From a virus (lineage: Duplodnaviria; Caudoviricetes): DNA of 31,159 nucleotides. The stretch covers positions 1-31,159 of IMG/VR virus record IMGVR_UViG_3300020571_000015; one strand, written 5' to 3'. Shown piece after piece: positions 22,651 to 31,159 of the stretch. The translations under genes and the position numbers were made by a program. A model generated the notes under the pieces. The model had not been told where the DNA came from and did not search any database. It saw only the letters and a program-made list of their open reading frames with translations. Position 1 is the first letter of the stretch; each line of letters begins with the position of its first letter.

Positions 22651-24813
22651 TTAAGCGGTGATCAGCACTTCAGCTTGCGTAGTGTCCGCAGCGGCAGCAC
22701 CGAACATGATGTCATACGAAGCCATATGAGCGCGAGAAGCGCGGCTGTACCACACAGAGAGCAACACAGACAGACCGTTGCTCAACTCAACAGCGCGCTG
22801 CTCAACGAACTCACCAGCGATCATTCCAACCGGCAAACCGCTCGCAACCGCAATAGCGTCCTGACCGCAGACGAAACCAGCGGTGTTCGCAATAGCTCCA
22901 GTCCAGTCGTTCTGCTCCAAGATGTTCGCGAATCCGAAATAACCGTTGTTCAGGGGACCGTAGCGCGCATCAGGGAACGGATTGGTTCCAGCGGCAGCAG
23001 TCAACTGACCGGAGAACATCAAGCGAGCCATGTGACTACCATCCAACAGCAACAGCTTCTGTCGGTAGTTCTTAGCCAGAGCCAAGATCGCAGGGAGGTC
23101 GCTAGTGTCGAAGTTGGCAGCAGTACCAATGACAGTGCCAGCACCAAACAGAGCAGCGGTCATCTGAGCGGTGACCTTCTTGCTAATGGCAAGAGCGAAG
23201 ATCTCAGCGGAACCCTGAGCAAGATCAGCCAACTGGAAACCCTGATTCAACTCTTGCTGAGTGACAGTGAAAGTCTTGGTGATCTGGTTAACAGTCACCG
23301 AGGTAGCAGCCAGAGTGGACTCGTTGTTGGAGTTGTTCTCGAAGTCCGTCAGGTTGTCCTGAGCGTCATCACCACCAGTGAACTTCTTGACCTGAACGGT
23401 AGCGCGGGGGCGCAAGTTATCGAGACCAACGTTGCGCGTGAAATTGGCAATCATGGCCAACTTAGTAGTCGCAACAGTAATGACCGAGTCAGCGAGGTAA
23501 TCGACAACCAGACCGGCAGCGAAAGTGTTCGCGTTCTGGGGAGCGATCAAGCGCGACTGACGCAGCAACTCGCTGTGGTTCTGAATCAAGAAACCCTTAC
23601 GCTCTGCACCAGCGCGGAGGCTCTTGTGTTTCTCCATCAACGGGTTTCCGAGATTCTCAATCACGGGACGCACCGGTTCAGGAGCGGGAGCGGCGGCAGG
23701 AGCCTTCATGCTGGCTTCCAGAGCGGAAAGCTTAGCAAGAACAGCGGTGAGATCAACGGAAGCGGCAGGAGCAGCCGCAGCCGTCACAGTAGTGGTATCG
23801 GACATATTTGTGTCGGGTTGTTGTGTTGGTTGCGGCAAAGAAACTTTGCCATTTTCGCTGATAGCGTTATTGCCATCCGCAGAAATCTTGTCGTCTGGGG
23901 AGTCGTCATCTTCCTCCAGTTCTTCACGCTCCAATTGAGCGTACAGAGCGCGGAACCAATCGCGTCCAGCAGCACCACCCCAAAGGTTGGCAGCTACATC
24001 AGCGGGACTATTGGGTTCAGCCTCAAGAAAGCGTTCATTGCGACCCCACCAAGCGTTGGCCTTCTCAACTTTATCTTCGGTGGGAATTTCTCCAGCAACG
24101 AGCGACTCAGCCTCAAGAACGGTTTGCTTCTCAAGACCTTCACCGGCAAGACCTTCAGCGTATTGCTCAAGACCTTTGCGGAGGTTGTTCTTGACCGTCT
24201 CGGGAGCGGTCTTGGTGACAGCGCGGGGATGCCACTTAGCAGCCATCGCAAGCTGTTTGATAGGTTTGTCCACCAAGCCAAACTGAATCGCTTCGGCGGT
24301 GGTGAACCAAGTCTCCGCCTTCATTGCAGCGCGGATGGACTCGGGAGAGCGTCCCGTCTTCTTAGCATACACTCCAACCAGCACTTCAGCGTGTTGATCC
24401 AGAGCGTCAGCCATTTTCCGCATATCTTCCGAAGTGCCAGAAGCCATTCCAGAAGGATCGTGGATCATCATCAGAGCTGCATCTGCCATCTCTACGCGAT
24501 CACCGGCAAGAGCAATGATCGAAGCAATAGAAGCCGCAATGCCAACCACTCGGGTAGTCACCGGAGCTTTGCGACCGCGCAACTGGTTGTAGATGCTCAG
24601 ACCATCCCAGACATTACCACCGGGAGAGTTGATCTCTACCAAGAGCGGACCATTGCCAACTTCAGCAAGAACGTCAGAGAATTGCTTACCAGATAGACCG
24701 TTACCACCAAACCAATCTTCGCCAATCTGGTCAAAGATCTGAATGGTCGCAGTCTCACCAGCGGAAGCCGCAGGAGCGTAATAAAGCCAATCTGATTTCT
24801 TAGTGAAGCTCAT
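22651..24813 (-). CDS. ClpP-type prohead protease fused to major capsid protein
   Basis: INSPGGNVWDG, GIAASIASII, MMIHDPS, AETWFTTAEAIQFGLVD; the C-terminal ~380 aa is capsid-like and follows the portal gene. Confidence 0.85.
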   Translation of the reverse strand: MSFTKKSDWLYYAPAASAGETATIQIFDQIGEDWFGGNGLSGKQFSDVLAEVGNGPLLVEINSPGGNVWDGLSIYNQLRGRKAPVTTRVVGIAASIASIIALAGDRVEMADAALMMIHDPSGMASGTSEDMRKMADALDQHAEVLVGVYAKKTGRSPESIRAAMKAETWFTTAEAIQFGLVDKPIKQLAMAAKWHPRAVTKTAPETVKNNLRKGLEQYAEGLAGEGLEKQTVLEAESLVAGEIPTEDKVEKANAWWGRNERFLEAEPNSPADVAANLWGGAAGRDWFRALYAQLEREELEEDDDSPDDKISADGNNAISENGKVSLPQPTQQPDTNMSDTTTVTAAAAPAASVDLTAVLAKLSALEASMKAPAAAPAPEPVRPVIENLGNPLMEKHKSLRAGAERKGFLIQNHSELLRQSRLIAPQNANTFAAGLVVDYLADSVITVATTKLAMIANFTRNVGLDNLRPRATVQVKKFTGGDDAQDNLTDFENNSNNESTLAATSVTVNQITKTFTVTQQELNQGFQLADLAQGSAEIFALAISKKVTAQMTAALFGAGTVIGTAANFDTSDLPAILALAKNYRQKLLLLDGSHMARLMFSGQLTAAAGTNPFPDARYGPLNNGYFGFANILEQNDWTGAIANTAGFVCGQDAIAVASGLPVGMIAGEFVEQRAVELSNGLSVLLSVWYSRASRAHMASYDIMFGAAAADTTQAEVLITA

Positions 24814-26381
24814 TTTGTTTTCTTGGCTCGCGGCTTGCGTTGCTTTTTGACTGAAGCGGTCACTTCGGTTTGTTCTACAACAAGCGGTTGCGATCCACCT
24901 TCTGACGGAGCAACTGGAGACGGAGATTCAGAAGAATCATCTTCAATGTCAATAGCCGGTGCAGCACTAGCCGCAGGACGTTCTTTCTGAATCACCGAAA
25001 TCTCAGATACATCAACTCCGTATTTGTCAGCAAGTTGACGCACAAACAAAGCTTGCTGTGCTTTTGCTTCTAAAGCAGACCGCCAATCAAGACCACGCGC
25101 ACCATAGACTTCATCGTAAGTCAGAATGCCAGCCTCCAATTCAGCCAACTGAGCAGCGGAATTACGGCCAACATCAACGTTCGGAGAGCGGGGAGCGGTA
25201 ATCGCTACCTCGTACCAATCAGACGGAGCATGGTTGAGCGTTGGGTCAGTCTTGATAGCGTACTCCATGACGTATTCATAAATACGTCGAGCCGCCGAAG
25301 ACATCACTTGATGCCGAGACTTAAACCACACAGCAGACATATCTAGCGCACCGCGATAGACAGTTCCCTGCATGGACTCGGGATAAACAAGAACGTAAGG
25401 AATACCAACGCCAGCACAGACTTTCTCAGTCAATTGCCGCCAGTACTCACGCATATTTACACCGGGACGCTCAGTCGCAAACTGCTCAAATGAATCACCG
25501 TTCTTCAGTACTTTAACAGACGAACCAAAGACCTGCTCGTAATAGTTCTCAGCGGTGTTCTGAGTGGTTTGCGAGATTCCACCGGATCGAAGGCTGGAAG
25601 CTTGAACCTCACCGGAGACGGTTTTGACGATCTGAGCGACAGAAGCACCGAGTTTGCAAGCTTCCATCTCCAGCTTCTGCAAGTCGTCGAGATCGTGAAG
25701 ATCATTGATAACCGCAGAGACAAACGGGAGTCCGCGAAGCTGTGCAGGACGGTTAGGCTCAAAAATATGGACAACCGAATCAGCAGGAATAGACCGGACA
25801 TCAACTAGATTTCCCTGCGTCTTCTCTGACCCGATAAAATACGAGATTGCGCGTCCAGTCTTTGGATCAAATCGGATACCGTCAAACACGGTCTGGTCTG
25901 CCTCCATTCCAGCAGGAGTCGCAATCGATTGAGCTTCAATAAGCTGCAATCTCGGCTTTCCGCTCTCACCTTTGGTCAAAAGGATGAAGCTCTCGCCATC
26001 AAAGAACCAACCGCGAGCCGCTTGGCTCATCAGCGTTGCGAAAGACTGACGCGAACCAATATCGGGATAACGGCTCCAGACATCGAACCACTTCTTGGCT
26101 TTGAGATTCCAAGCTGGATCGCTTGAAGCAGGTTGAACCGAGAAGCTAGAGCCAACGGTGTAGCTCTCAAACAAGTCGCCAAGCCTATTCAGAACAGCGT
26201 TGTTCTGCTCAAAGAAGCGGGACTTACGGACAATCGCTTGTCGGGTTGAACTCGTTACATCAAATCGAGCGGAAGTGTAGGACGTATCAAGATACGAACG
26301 ACGCAACGACTGACCGGCTCCTTCGTACTTATTAACGGGAGCGGGAAACAACTTATTAGCAATGGTTTGAAGGATTCCCAT
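24810..26381 (-). CDS. Portal protein, lambda family
   Basis: YEGAG, SRFFEQNN, DGESF, LQLIEA, DGIRFD..GR...Y, RPAQLRGLP, GVGIPY, RGLDW. Confidence 0.9.
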   Translation of the reverse strand: MGILQTIANKLFPAPVNKYEGAGQSLRRSYLDTSYTSARFDVTSSTRQAIVRKSRFFEQNNAVLNRLGDLFESYTVGSSFSVQPASSDPAWNLKAKKWFDVWSRYPDIGSRQSFATLMSQAARGWFFDGESFILLTKGESGKPRLQLIEAQSIATPAGMEADQTVFDGIRFDPKTGRAISYFIGSEKTQGNLVDVRSIPADSVVHIFEPNRPAQLRGLPFVSAVINDLHDLDDLQKLEMEACKLGASVAQIVKTVSGEVQASSLRSGGISQTTQNTAENYYEQVFGSSVKVLKNGDSFEQFATERPGVNMREYWRQLTEKVCAGVGIPYVLVYPESMQGTVYRGALDMSAVWFKSRHQVMSSAARRIYEYVMEYAIKTDPTLNHAPSDWYEVAITAPRSPNVDVGRNSAAQLAELEAGILTYDEVYGARGLDWRSALEAKAQQALFVRQLADKYGVDVSEISVIQKERPAASAAPAIDIEDDSSESPSPVAPSEGGSQPLVVEQTEVTASVKKQRKPRAKKTK

Positions 26382-26782
26382 TAGCTCATTCGGGTTGTGG
26401 CTTCACGACGGAACTGTGTGAAATCACCGTAATAGCGAGTGACTGCAACCAGAATGGTCCCAAGCATTTTGTTATAGATCTGGAGGTCTGACGGATTAGT
26501 GATTCCGTCTCCAGCCAATAAGGTCACGGCAAGATCGTAGTCTGACAGCAGTGATTCCCACATTTCCAACATTTCACCAGCGGAAGCGGAACCTTTACCG
26601 GGTTCAGCGAACTCAACGGAAACGTCAGAACTAGAAGTTGAGCGGACAACTTGACCAGACTCTATAGCGTTTGCAGCAACAGTCAGCTTTGCCGTCAAAG
26701 CTTCCAACAAGCTCAAAGCGGCTTTGCTTGCGTAGGTAGTACGCAAATAACTCCGCTTAGTTGCTACGGTGTAGGTCAACAC
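26381..26782 (-). CDS. Putative head-tail joining protein (gpW position)
   Basis: 133-aa ORF between TerL and portal, as for lambda W; TAATG coupling to portal. Confidence 0.55.
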   Translation of the reverse strand: MLTYTVATKRSYLRTTYASKAALSLLEALTAKLTVAANAIESGQVVRSTSSSDVSVEFAEPGKGSASAGEMLEMWESLLSDYDLAVTLLAGDGITNPSDLQIYNKMLGTILVAVTRYYGDFTQFRREATTRMS

Positions 26783-26790
26783 TTGGGCGG

Positions 26791-26818
26791 ACTATTCACA
26801 GACCAACTGTGAAGTCAA
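26791..26818 (-). promoter_or_regulatory. Putative head-operon promoter with inverted repeat
   Basis: TTGACT -35 (26813-26818) followed by TTCACAG-N5-CTGTGAA (26795-26813) and AATAGT. Confidence 0.45.
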
Positions 26819-28665
26819 CTACTAGAATTTTCAGAACTAGTAGATGCGAGATCGTTCCACAGCATCACCATCGCCAATTGCATCAACTCGCAGTCATGCA
26901 AATGGTCCGGCCAGCGAGTGTTTCGCTTGAACCACAAGTGTTTGATTCGTCCCGCTCTGTTAGCCGTTGGCTTTAGAACGTGAGAGTCCAAATGCTTCCA
27001 GTATGTATCAGAATCGCTTGCAAATGCCCCTTCAGCCTCAAGCGGTGCAGGAAGACTACAAACGGTCCATTGATGATTCTCGGAGCCTTTACGAAGCCTC
27101 TGAAGAACTTCCCGCATGTGTTCACTATCGAAGACCAGAAGAGGCTGGACCGCATCAGTCCGCATTGACGTTGAAGTCGTAATGCCGAAGGGATGGATTG
27201 CGCCAGTCTTGCTGGTGAATCGCGCTCCGGTTTCTCGGCCTTTCATTGGCATCCAACCAATAAGCATTGGCTTTCTCAGCCCTCCTTCTGGTGGATACCG
27301 GAGACCGCAGGGATATGTGATTGGATTGACGCTGCTTTGTGAGAACTCAGCACAAGCATCGTAGACCGCTTGGGTGTTGAAACCGGAGTCGATGCCGACG
27401 TCCATATCATGCACGTTGTATTGAAGTTGGACCCGTCGAAGTGCAGCAAAATCGTCAGCATGACCGGCGGCAACAAGACGCGAATTGCCTTTGCTCCACT
27501 CTCGGCAAACCCACCAGACAAACGGAGCAGCGGCTTGAACGTCAGCGGTCAGGTAACGTCTGGCTTCAGGAAGTCCAGCATCAGACACGATCTCAACTCG
27601 CTCTTGTTGAGATTCTTGGTTTTCCCACGGTTCCGACAACATTCCGTTAATGAAACCCTGCAATCCCATCATTGAGCTTTTGGCTTCCAAGAACGAGACC
27701 GCCAAGTGTCCCCAAGTGCATTTACGATCCGGTGAATAGAGGCTCGACAAATGGTAAGACCTAACGCTTGGAAGACTCGCTTGATTCTCTGGAATCCATT
27801 TCCCGTGTCTCAACGCTGCCACCTTATGGGAATCCGAGATCTTACCCTGACAAAGCTGGCAAACGTAGTGCGCTGACGACCGGATACGCTGCCAGTCTGG
27901 CTTCCCATCTTCGGTCTTAGCGTTGTCCCAAGTGACTTGCTTCCACTCCAACTTGATGTATTCCGCGCAATGCGGACACGGGATGTAATACCGTCGCTGG
28001 TCCCCCCTAAGATAACGCTGCCAGATTCTGCCTTCTGAAGTTGTCGGAGTGCTGGTGAAGAAAGCTTTGGAGCTTGAGAATGCTTTCAGTCGTTGCTCTG
28101 CAAGATCCAGAGCGTCTGCTTCTTTTGCTGTTGCTTCAGCGAATTTGTCCACCTCATCTGCGACCAAGATTCGCACCGGACGGGACGCTAGGTTTGCCGG
28201 TGAATTGGAACCGACAAAGGTCAAAGTGCAGCGATCAAATTGCTGCTCAAGATTCGTCATCTGGTCTGCGTCCGAAGGAAACCGCGCAACCAATGCGGGA
28301 CAATCCTCCAGAAGTGGCATCCAGCGGGATTTGCTGAACGAGCGAGCCAGATTCTCACTCGGCATCAGCCACAGTGCGGGACTCGGTTCTGTGTCGATAG
28401 CCCAAGCCAAACCAGCCATTAGGGTTGTCGTCTTGCTGGTCTGGGAACCCCAACACAACGTGACCTCAGAGACTGACGGGTCTTTCCAGCACTCAAGCGG
28501 TTCTCTGCAATATGGTCTGACCGCCGTGGAGAATGGACCGGGGTGTTCGGTCTGTCGTTGAGTAAGCGTGAGGTTTGACTCGCTCCACTCGACAACCGTT
28601 TGCCGTGGAGACGGACGGTAGATCTGACGACGGAACTCTAGGATTTCGCGTTGTAAATCAAGCAT
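26815..28665 (-). CDS. terL: Terminase large subunit, lambda GpA family
   Basis: WGSQTSKTT Walker A, GSNSPANLASRPVRILVADEVD Walker B, TSTPT, GDQRRYYIPCPHC, HLSSLYSP, TADVQ, IDSG, DHLHDCE. Confidence 0.95.
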   Translation of the reverse strand: MLDLQREILEFRRQIYRPSPRQTVVEWSESNLTLTQRQTEHPGPFSTAVRPYCREPLECWKDPSVSEVTLCWGSQTSKTTTLMAGLAWAIDTEPSPALWLMPSENLARSFSKSRWMPLLEDCPALVARFPSDADQMTNLEQQFDRCTLTFVGSNSPANLASRPVRILVADEVDKFAEATAKEADALDLAEQRLKAFSSSKAFFTSTPTTSEGRIWQRYLRGDQRRYYIPCPHCAEYIKLEWKQVTWDNAKTEDGKPDWQRIRSSAHYVCQLCQGKISDSHKVAALRHGKWIPENQASLPSVRSYHLSSLYSPDRKCTWGHLAVSFLEAKSSMMGLQGFINGMLSEPWENQESQQERVEIVSDAGLPEARRYLTADVQAAAPFVWWVCREWSKGNSRLVAAGHADDFAALRRVQLQYNVHDMDVGIDSGFNTQAVYDACAEFSQSSVNPITYPCGLRYPPEGGLRKPMLIGWMPMKGRETGARFTSKTGAIHPFGITTSTSMRTDAVQPLLVFDSEHMREVLQRLRKGSENHQWTVCSLPAPLEAEGAFASDSDTYWKHLDSHVLKPTANRAGRIKHLWFKRNTRWPDHLHDCELMQLAMVMLWNDLASTSSENSSS

Positions 28666-29159
28666 CAGAACAACTCGGTATTTAATTCTTCGATCCGGTG
28701 CTTTCGAGCTTCACTCATATTCAAGAACGCCATGCGTTCGTTCACTCCATCCATCAACTTGTCCCGCAACTGCACGTTGCAACCCCAAGTTGCGTTCTCA
28801 TTGAAGATTTCAACCATCAGCACCAGACCGTCTGGCTCCAAGTGCAGCACTCCCCAAAATGGCAACTTAGTGTGCTTTGTAATCTCAAGAGCGGCTTGCA
28901 GCTTACTCCATGAAATCATCCATTGGTTGCCGTAGGTTGACTCAAGCTTTGCTAGTCCGTAAGTCCGAGATTTCACCTCATAACTTCCGGTAATTACGCC
29001 AGCGTTTTGGTTCCAGATGAACCCATCAATGCGCGACGGCTTATCGTCTGCGATTGGCAAAAACCGCAGAACCGTGTCACGCTCGATGGCTTTGAGCGCG
29101 ATCTTGTTCTGACGGAGTGCTTCTAGCCCTCTCGGTTTCTGGCAGTTCAGGATTTCCAT
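28665..29159 (-). CDS. Putative PD-(D/E)XK nuclease
   Basis: SRIDG...YEVKSR followed by MISWSK fits a D...ExK catalytic motif. Confidence 0.55.
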   Translation of the reverse strand: MEILNCQKPRGLEALRQNKIALKAIERDTVLRFLPIADDKPSRIDGFIWNQNAGVITGSYEVKSRTYGLAKLESTYGNQWMISWSKLQAALEITKHTKLPFWGVLHLEPDGLVLMVEIFNENATWGCNVQLRDKLMDGVNERMAFLNMSEARKHRIEELNTELF

Positions 29160-30385
29160 TACACCTTTTCAAGAACCGCTTTTTTGCCGGTGAAGTCTTC
29201 CCAACGCTTTACGATCACGTCGCAGTATTTGGGATCTAGTTCCATCAGGCGAGCTTTGCGACTGAGACGCTCACAAGCGATTGCAGTGGTTCCAGAACCT
29301 CCAAAGAGATCAAGAACAACATCATTGGCTTTGCTGCTATTTCCGATCTGGTATTCGAATAGCTCGACAGGCTTCATAGTTGGATGAAGCTCACTCTTCG
29401 CCGGTTTCTTGAAATCTAAAACCGTCGTTTGGCTTCTGTCTGAACCCCAATAATGAGACGCACCGTCTTTCCATCCATACAGGCACGGTTCGTGTTTCCA
29501 GTGATAATCGCTTCTGCCGATTGCAAACACCGATTTTACCCAAACCAAACACTGTCTGATTTTCCATTCTACATCAATGCAAGCTCCTCTGAAGTTGTAT
29601 CCTTCTGAGTCTGCATGCCAAATGTAGAAAACAGCACCGTCCCGCATCACCGAGTTTGCTGTTGAATACACATCCCGAAGGAATTGACGAAAATCGTCAT
29701 CAGACATTTTGTCGTTTTGGATTCCAAAAGTTGACTCGTCTTTTCTAGCCTTACCTGCCTTTTGTAGCATTTCATTCTTTGCTGTCATGTCCACATTGTA
29801 AGGTGGATCAGTTATCAACAAATCAGCCAAGTCATCGCCCATTAAACGCTTTGCGCTTTCGATTCTTGTAGAATCTCCGCACATCAGCCGGTGATTCCCT
29901 AGAATCCAAACATCTCCAAGCTTGGTTATTGGCTCGACCGGAACTTCCGGTGTCTGGTCTGGATCGGTTTCACCTTCAACAACTTCTGGTTCAAGCAACT
30001 CGGCAAGTTCCTCGTCCGAGAATCCAGTGAGGTCCATGTTGAAACCGTCTTCCTGCAAAGACTCCAGTTCAGACCGCAACATCTGGTCGTCCCATCCAGC
30101 ATTCAAAGCCAGCTTGTTATCAGCAATGACATAGGCTCGGACTTGAGATGGAGTTAGGTGTCCAAGACGGATGCACGGAACGGTTTCAAGTCCAAGCTTC
30201 TTTGCAGCCATCACTCGACCGTGACCGGCAATGATTGTTCCATCTGCATCAATCAAGACTGGATTGGTGAATCCAAACTCTCTGATTGAACCGGCAATCT
30301 GCGAGACTTGCTCGTCAGAGTGTGTTCGGGAGTTGCGAGCGTAAGGGATAAGGCTGGAGACCAGCAGGTGTTCAATTTGATTCAT
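29159..30385 (-). CDS. ParB-like N-terminal domain fused to N6A/N4C DNA methyltransferase (beta class)
   Basis: LIPYARNSRTH, SIREFGFTNPVL, IIAGHGR, IADNKL; HRLMCGDS, TDPPYN, HPTMKPV, VLDLFGGSGTT; start MNQIE at 30385 coupled to the TerS stop. Confidence 0.92.
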   Translation of the reverse strand: MNQIEHLLVSSLIPYARNSRTHSDEQVSQIAGSIREFGFTNPVLIDADGTIIAGHGRVMAAKKLGLETVPCIRLGHLTPSQVRAYVIADNKLALNAGWDDQMLRSELESLQEDGFNMDLTGFSDEELAELLEPEVVEGETDPDQTPEVPVEPITKLGDVWILGNHRLMCGDSTRIESAKRLMGDDLADLLITDPPYNVDMTAKNEMLQKAGKARKDESTFGIQNDKMSDDDFRQFLRDVYSTANSVMRDGAVFYIWHADSEGYNFRGACIDVEWKIRQCLVWVKSVFAIGRSDYHWKHEPCLYGWKDGASHYWGSDRSQTTVLDFKKPAKSELHPTMKPVELFEYQIGNSSKANDVVLDLFGGSGTTAIACERLSRKARLMELDPKYCDVIVKRWEDFTGKKAVLEKV

Positions 30386-30996
30386 TTCCAAGGATCGGTT
30401 GAGTGCAGAGTTTTCAGACATACTTCTTGAACCCAACGCTCTAGTTCGCGTTCAGCGTGTTCTGGATCGTGGGGAGCAATTCTACCGGCAAGCTGTTTCG
30501 GCATCGACTTAAGCAGTTGAGCCACGGACCCGTCATGGTCTTGCATTACCTTTTTGACCCAATCACCGGAGACTAACCGCTTTTCCCGTTCGGAGAGGTC
30601 GAGAACGTCTTTGCGAGCGTTGATTAGGTTCTTAGCTGCGGTCGCGTGAACCGAGACCATACGGGCAGCGTCGAGAGACTTTGAGCGTAGGGATTGAACC
30701 GCAAGACCGTAAGACGCTCGCTCAATCTGCTTCTGGCGTTCGTATGCTCCCTGTGGAGTGCTTTCAGCAACAATGGAAGGATTGACCGGAGCTTCTGATT
30801 CTGGGGGCCGATACGGACCTTCAGAATGCTCTGACCGGATATGGCTTGCTTCAATAGCAGCCTTCCTTCTTTGCGCTCCAGATCCACGCCAAGCGTCGGC
30901 GGCTTCAGCGGAGTCCAAAGGCATACCCTTTGAAACCAACTGAGAGACTCGGCCTTTGGTTAGACCAGAGTGCTTAACGTATTCGCTTTGGGTCAT
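30382..30996 (-). CDS. terS: Putative terminase small subunit (Nu1-like)
   Basis: N-terminal HTH MTQSEYVKHSGLTKGRVSQLVSKGMP, coiled coil, C-terminal RLV...LKSMPKQLA; upstream of GpA TerL. Confidence 0.65.
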   Translation of the reverse strand: MTQSEYVKHSGLTKGRVSQLVSKGMPLDSAEAADAWRGSGAQRRKAAIEASHIRSEHSEGPYRPPESEAPVNPSIVAESTPQGAYERQKQIERASYGLAVQSLRSKSLDAARMVSVHATAAKNLINARKDVLDLSEREKRLVSGDWVKKVMQDHDGSVAQLLKSMPKQLAGRIAPHDPEHAERELERWVQEVCLKTLHSTDPWK

Positions 30997-31159
30997 CGGA
31001 GACTTTCGGGAAGATCTTCAGATTTCGCTTTGAGCAAGTCGGCCAACCCTTTGCAGATTGTGCGCTGCTCTGGGTCTTTTGGATTTGGCTGGTAGTAACC
31101 AGCAATCTGATCAGCCGTAGAACGTCCAGCGCGGATCTGAGCGAGATGCCAGCGCAGTG
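30993..31159 (-). CDS. 3' part of the 70-aa junction-spanning hypothetical protein
   Basis: ...QIRAGRSTADQIAGYYQPNPKDPEQRTICKGLADLLKAKSEDLPESLR*; its TGA overlaps the TerS ATG. Confidence 0.7.
   Translation of the reverse strand, partial: LRWHLAQIRAGRSTADQIAGYYQPNPKDPEQRTICKGLADLLKAKSEDLPESLR
31139..31159. repeat. Terminal direct repeat, right copy
   Basis: 20/21 identical to positions 1-21. Confidence 0.9.

Noticed and set aside
22675-24696. 673-aa plus-strand ORF antisense to the protease-capsid gene
   Set aside because: It is in register with the sense codons and has an S/Q/H-rich composition with no motifs. It is best explained by codon bias of a highly expressed gene avoiding TTA/CTA/TCA.
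29159-30385. ParB domain as evidence of plasmid-prophage partitioning
   Set aside because: No ParA or parS array was seen, and ParB-like/MTase fusions are common beside terminases.
169-30943. Numerous short plus-strand and alternate-frame ORFs in the track
   Set aside because: All overlap well-supported, translationally coupled minus-strand genes and lack recognisable motifs.

Overview
This window looks like an essentially complete, circularly permuted ~31.1 kb tailed dsDNA phage genome with siphovirus-like, lambdoid packaging. The first and last 21 nt are near-identical, and a 70-aa ORF reads through the junction. All credible genes are on the minus strand and most are translationally coupled through ATGA/TAATG overlaps. 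Order on the minus strand: TerS; ParB-fused DNA methyltransferase; PD-(D/E)XK nuclease-like gene; GpA-type TerL; head-tail protein; lambda-type portal; ClpP-protease/capsid fusion; fibre and decoration genes; holin/spanin-like cluster; neck and tail genes with a very short tape measure; large tail protein; recombination module (Bet/RecT, Cas4-like DUF2800 nuclease, MazG-like, SSB-like, RusA); an array of small accessory genes including a lysozyme-like enzyme; metallophosphoesterase; DUF1376-type replication initiator with internal iterons; DnaB; second SSB-like protein; HTH regulator. I saw no integrase, CI-type repressor, tRNA or CRISPR array. The most interesting non-annotated signals are: (i) two intergenic copies of a compact, covarying H-type pseudoknot, each joined to a conserved A/C-rich leader; (ii) a gene-cassette array joined by a repeated SD/stop/start junction; (iii) a shared palindromic operator at the same position in two promoters; (iv) a c4-like structured leader upstream of the replication operon; (v) a probable internal start and an extra domain in the protease-capsid fusion. 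All family assignments come from motif recognition by eye, not from database searches.
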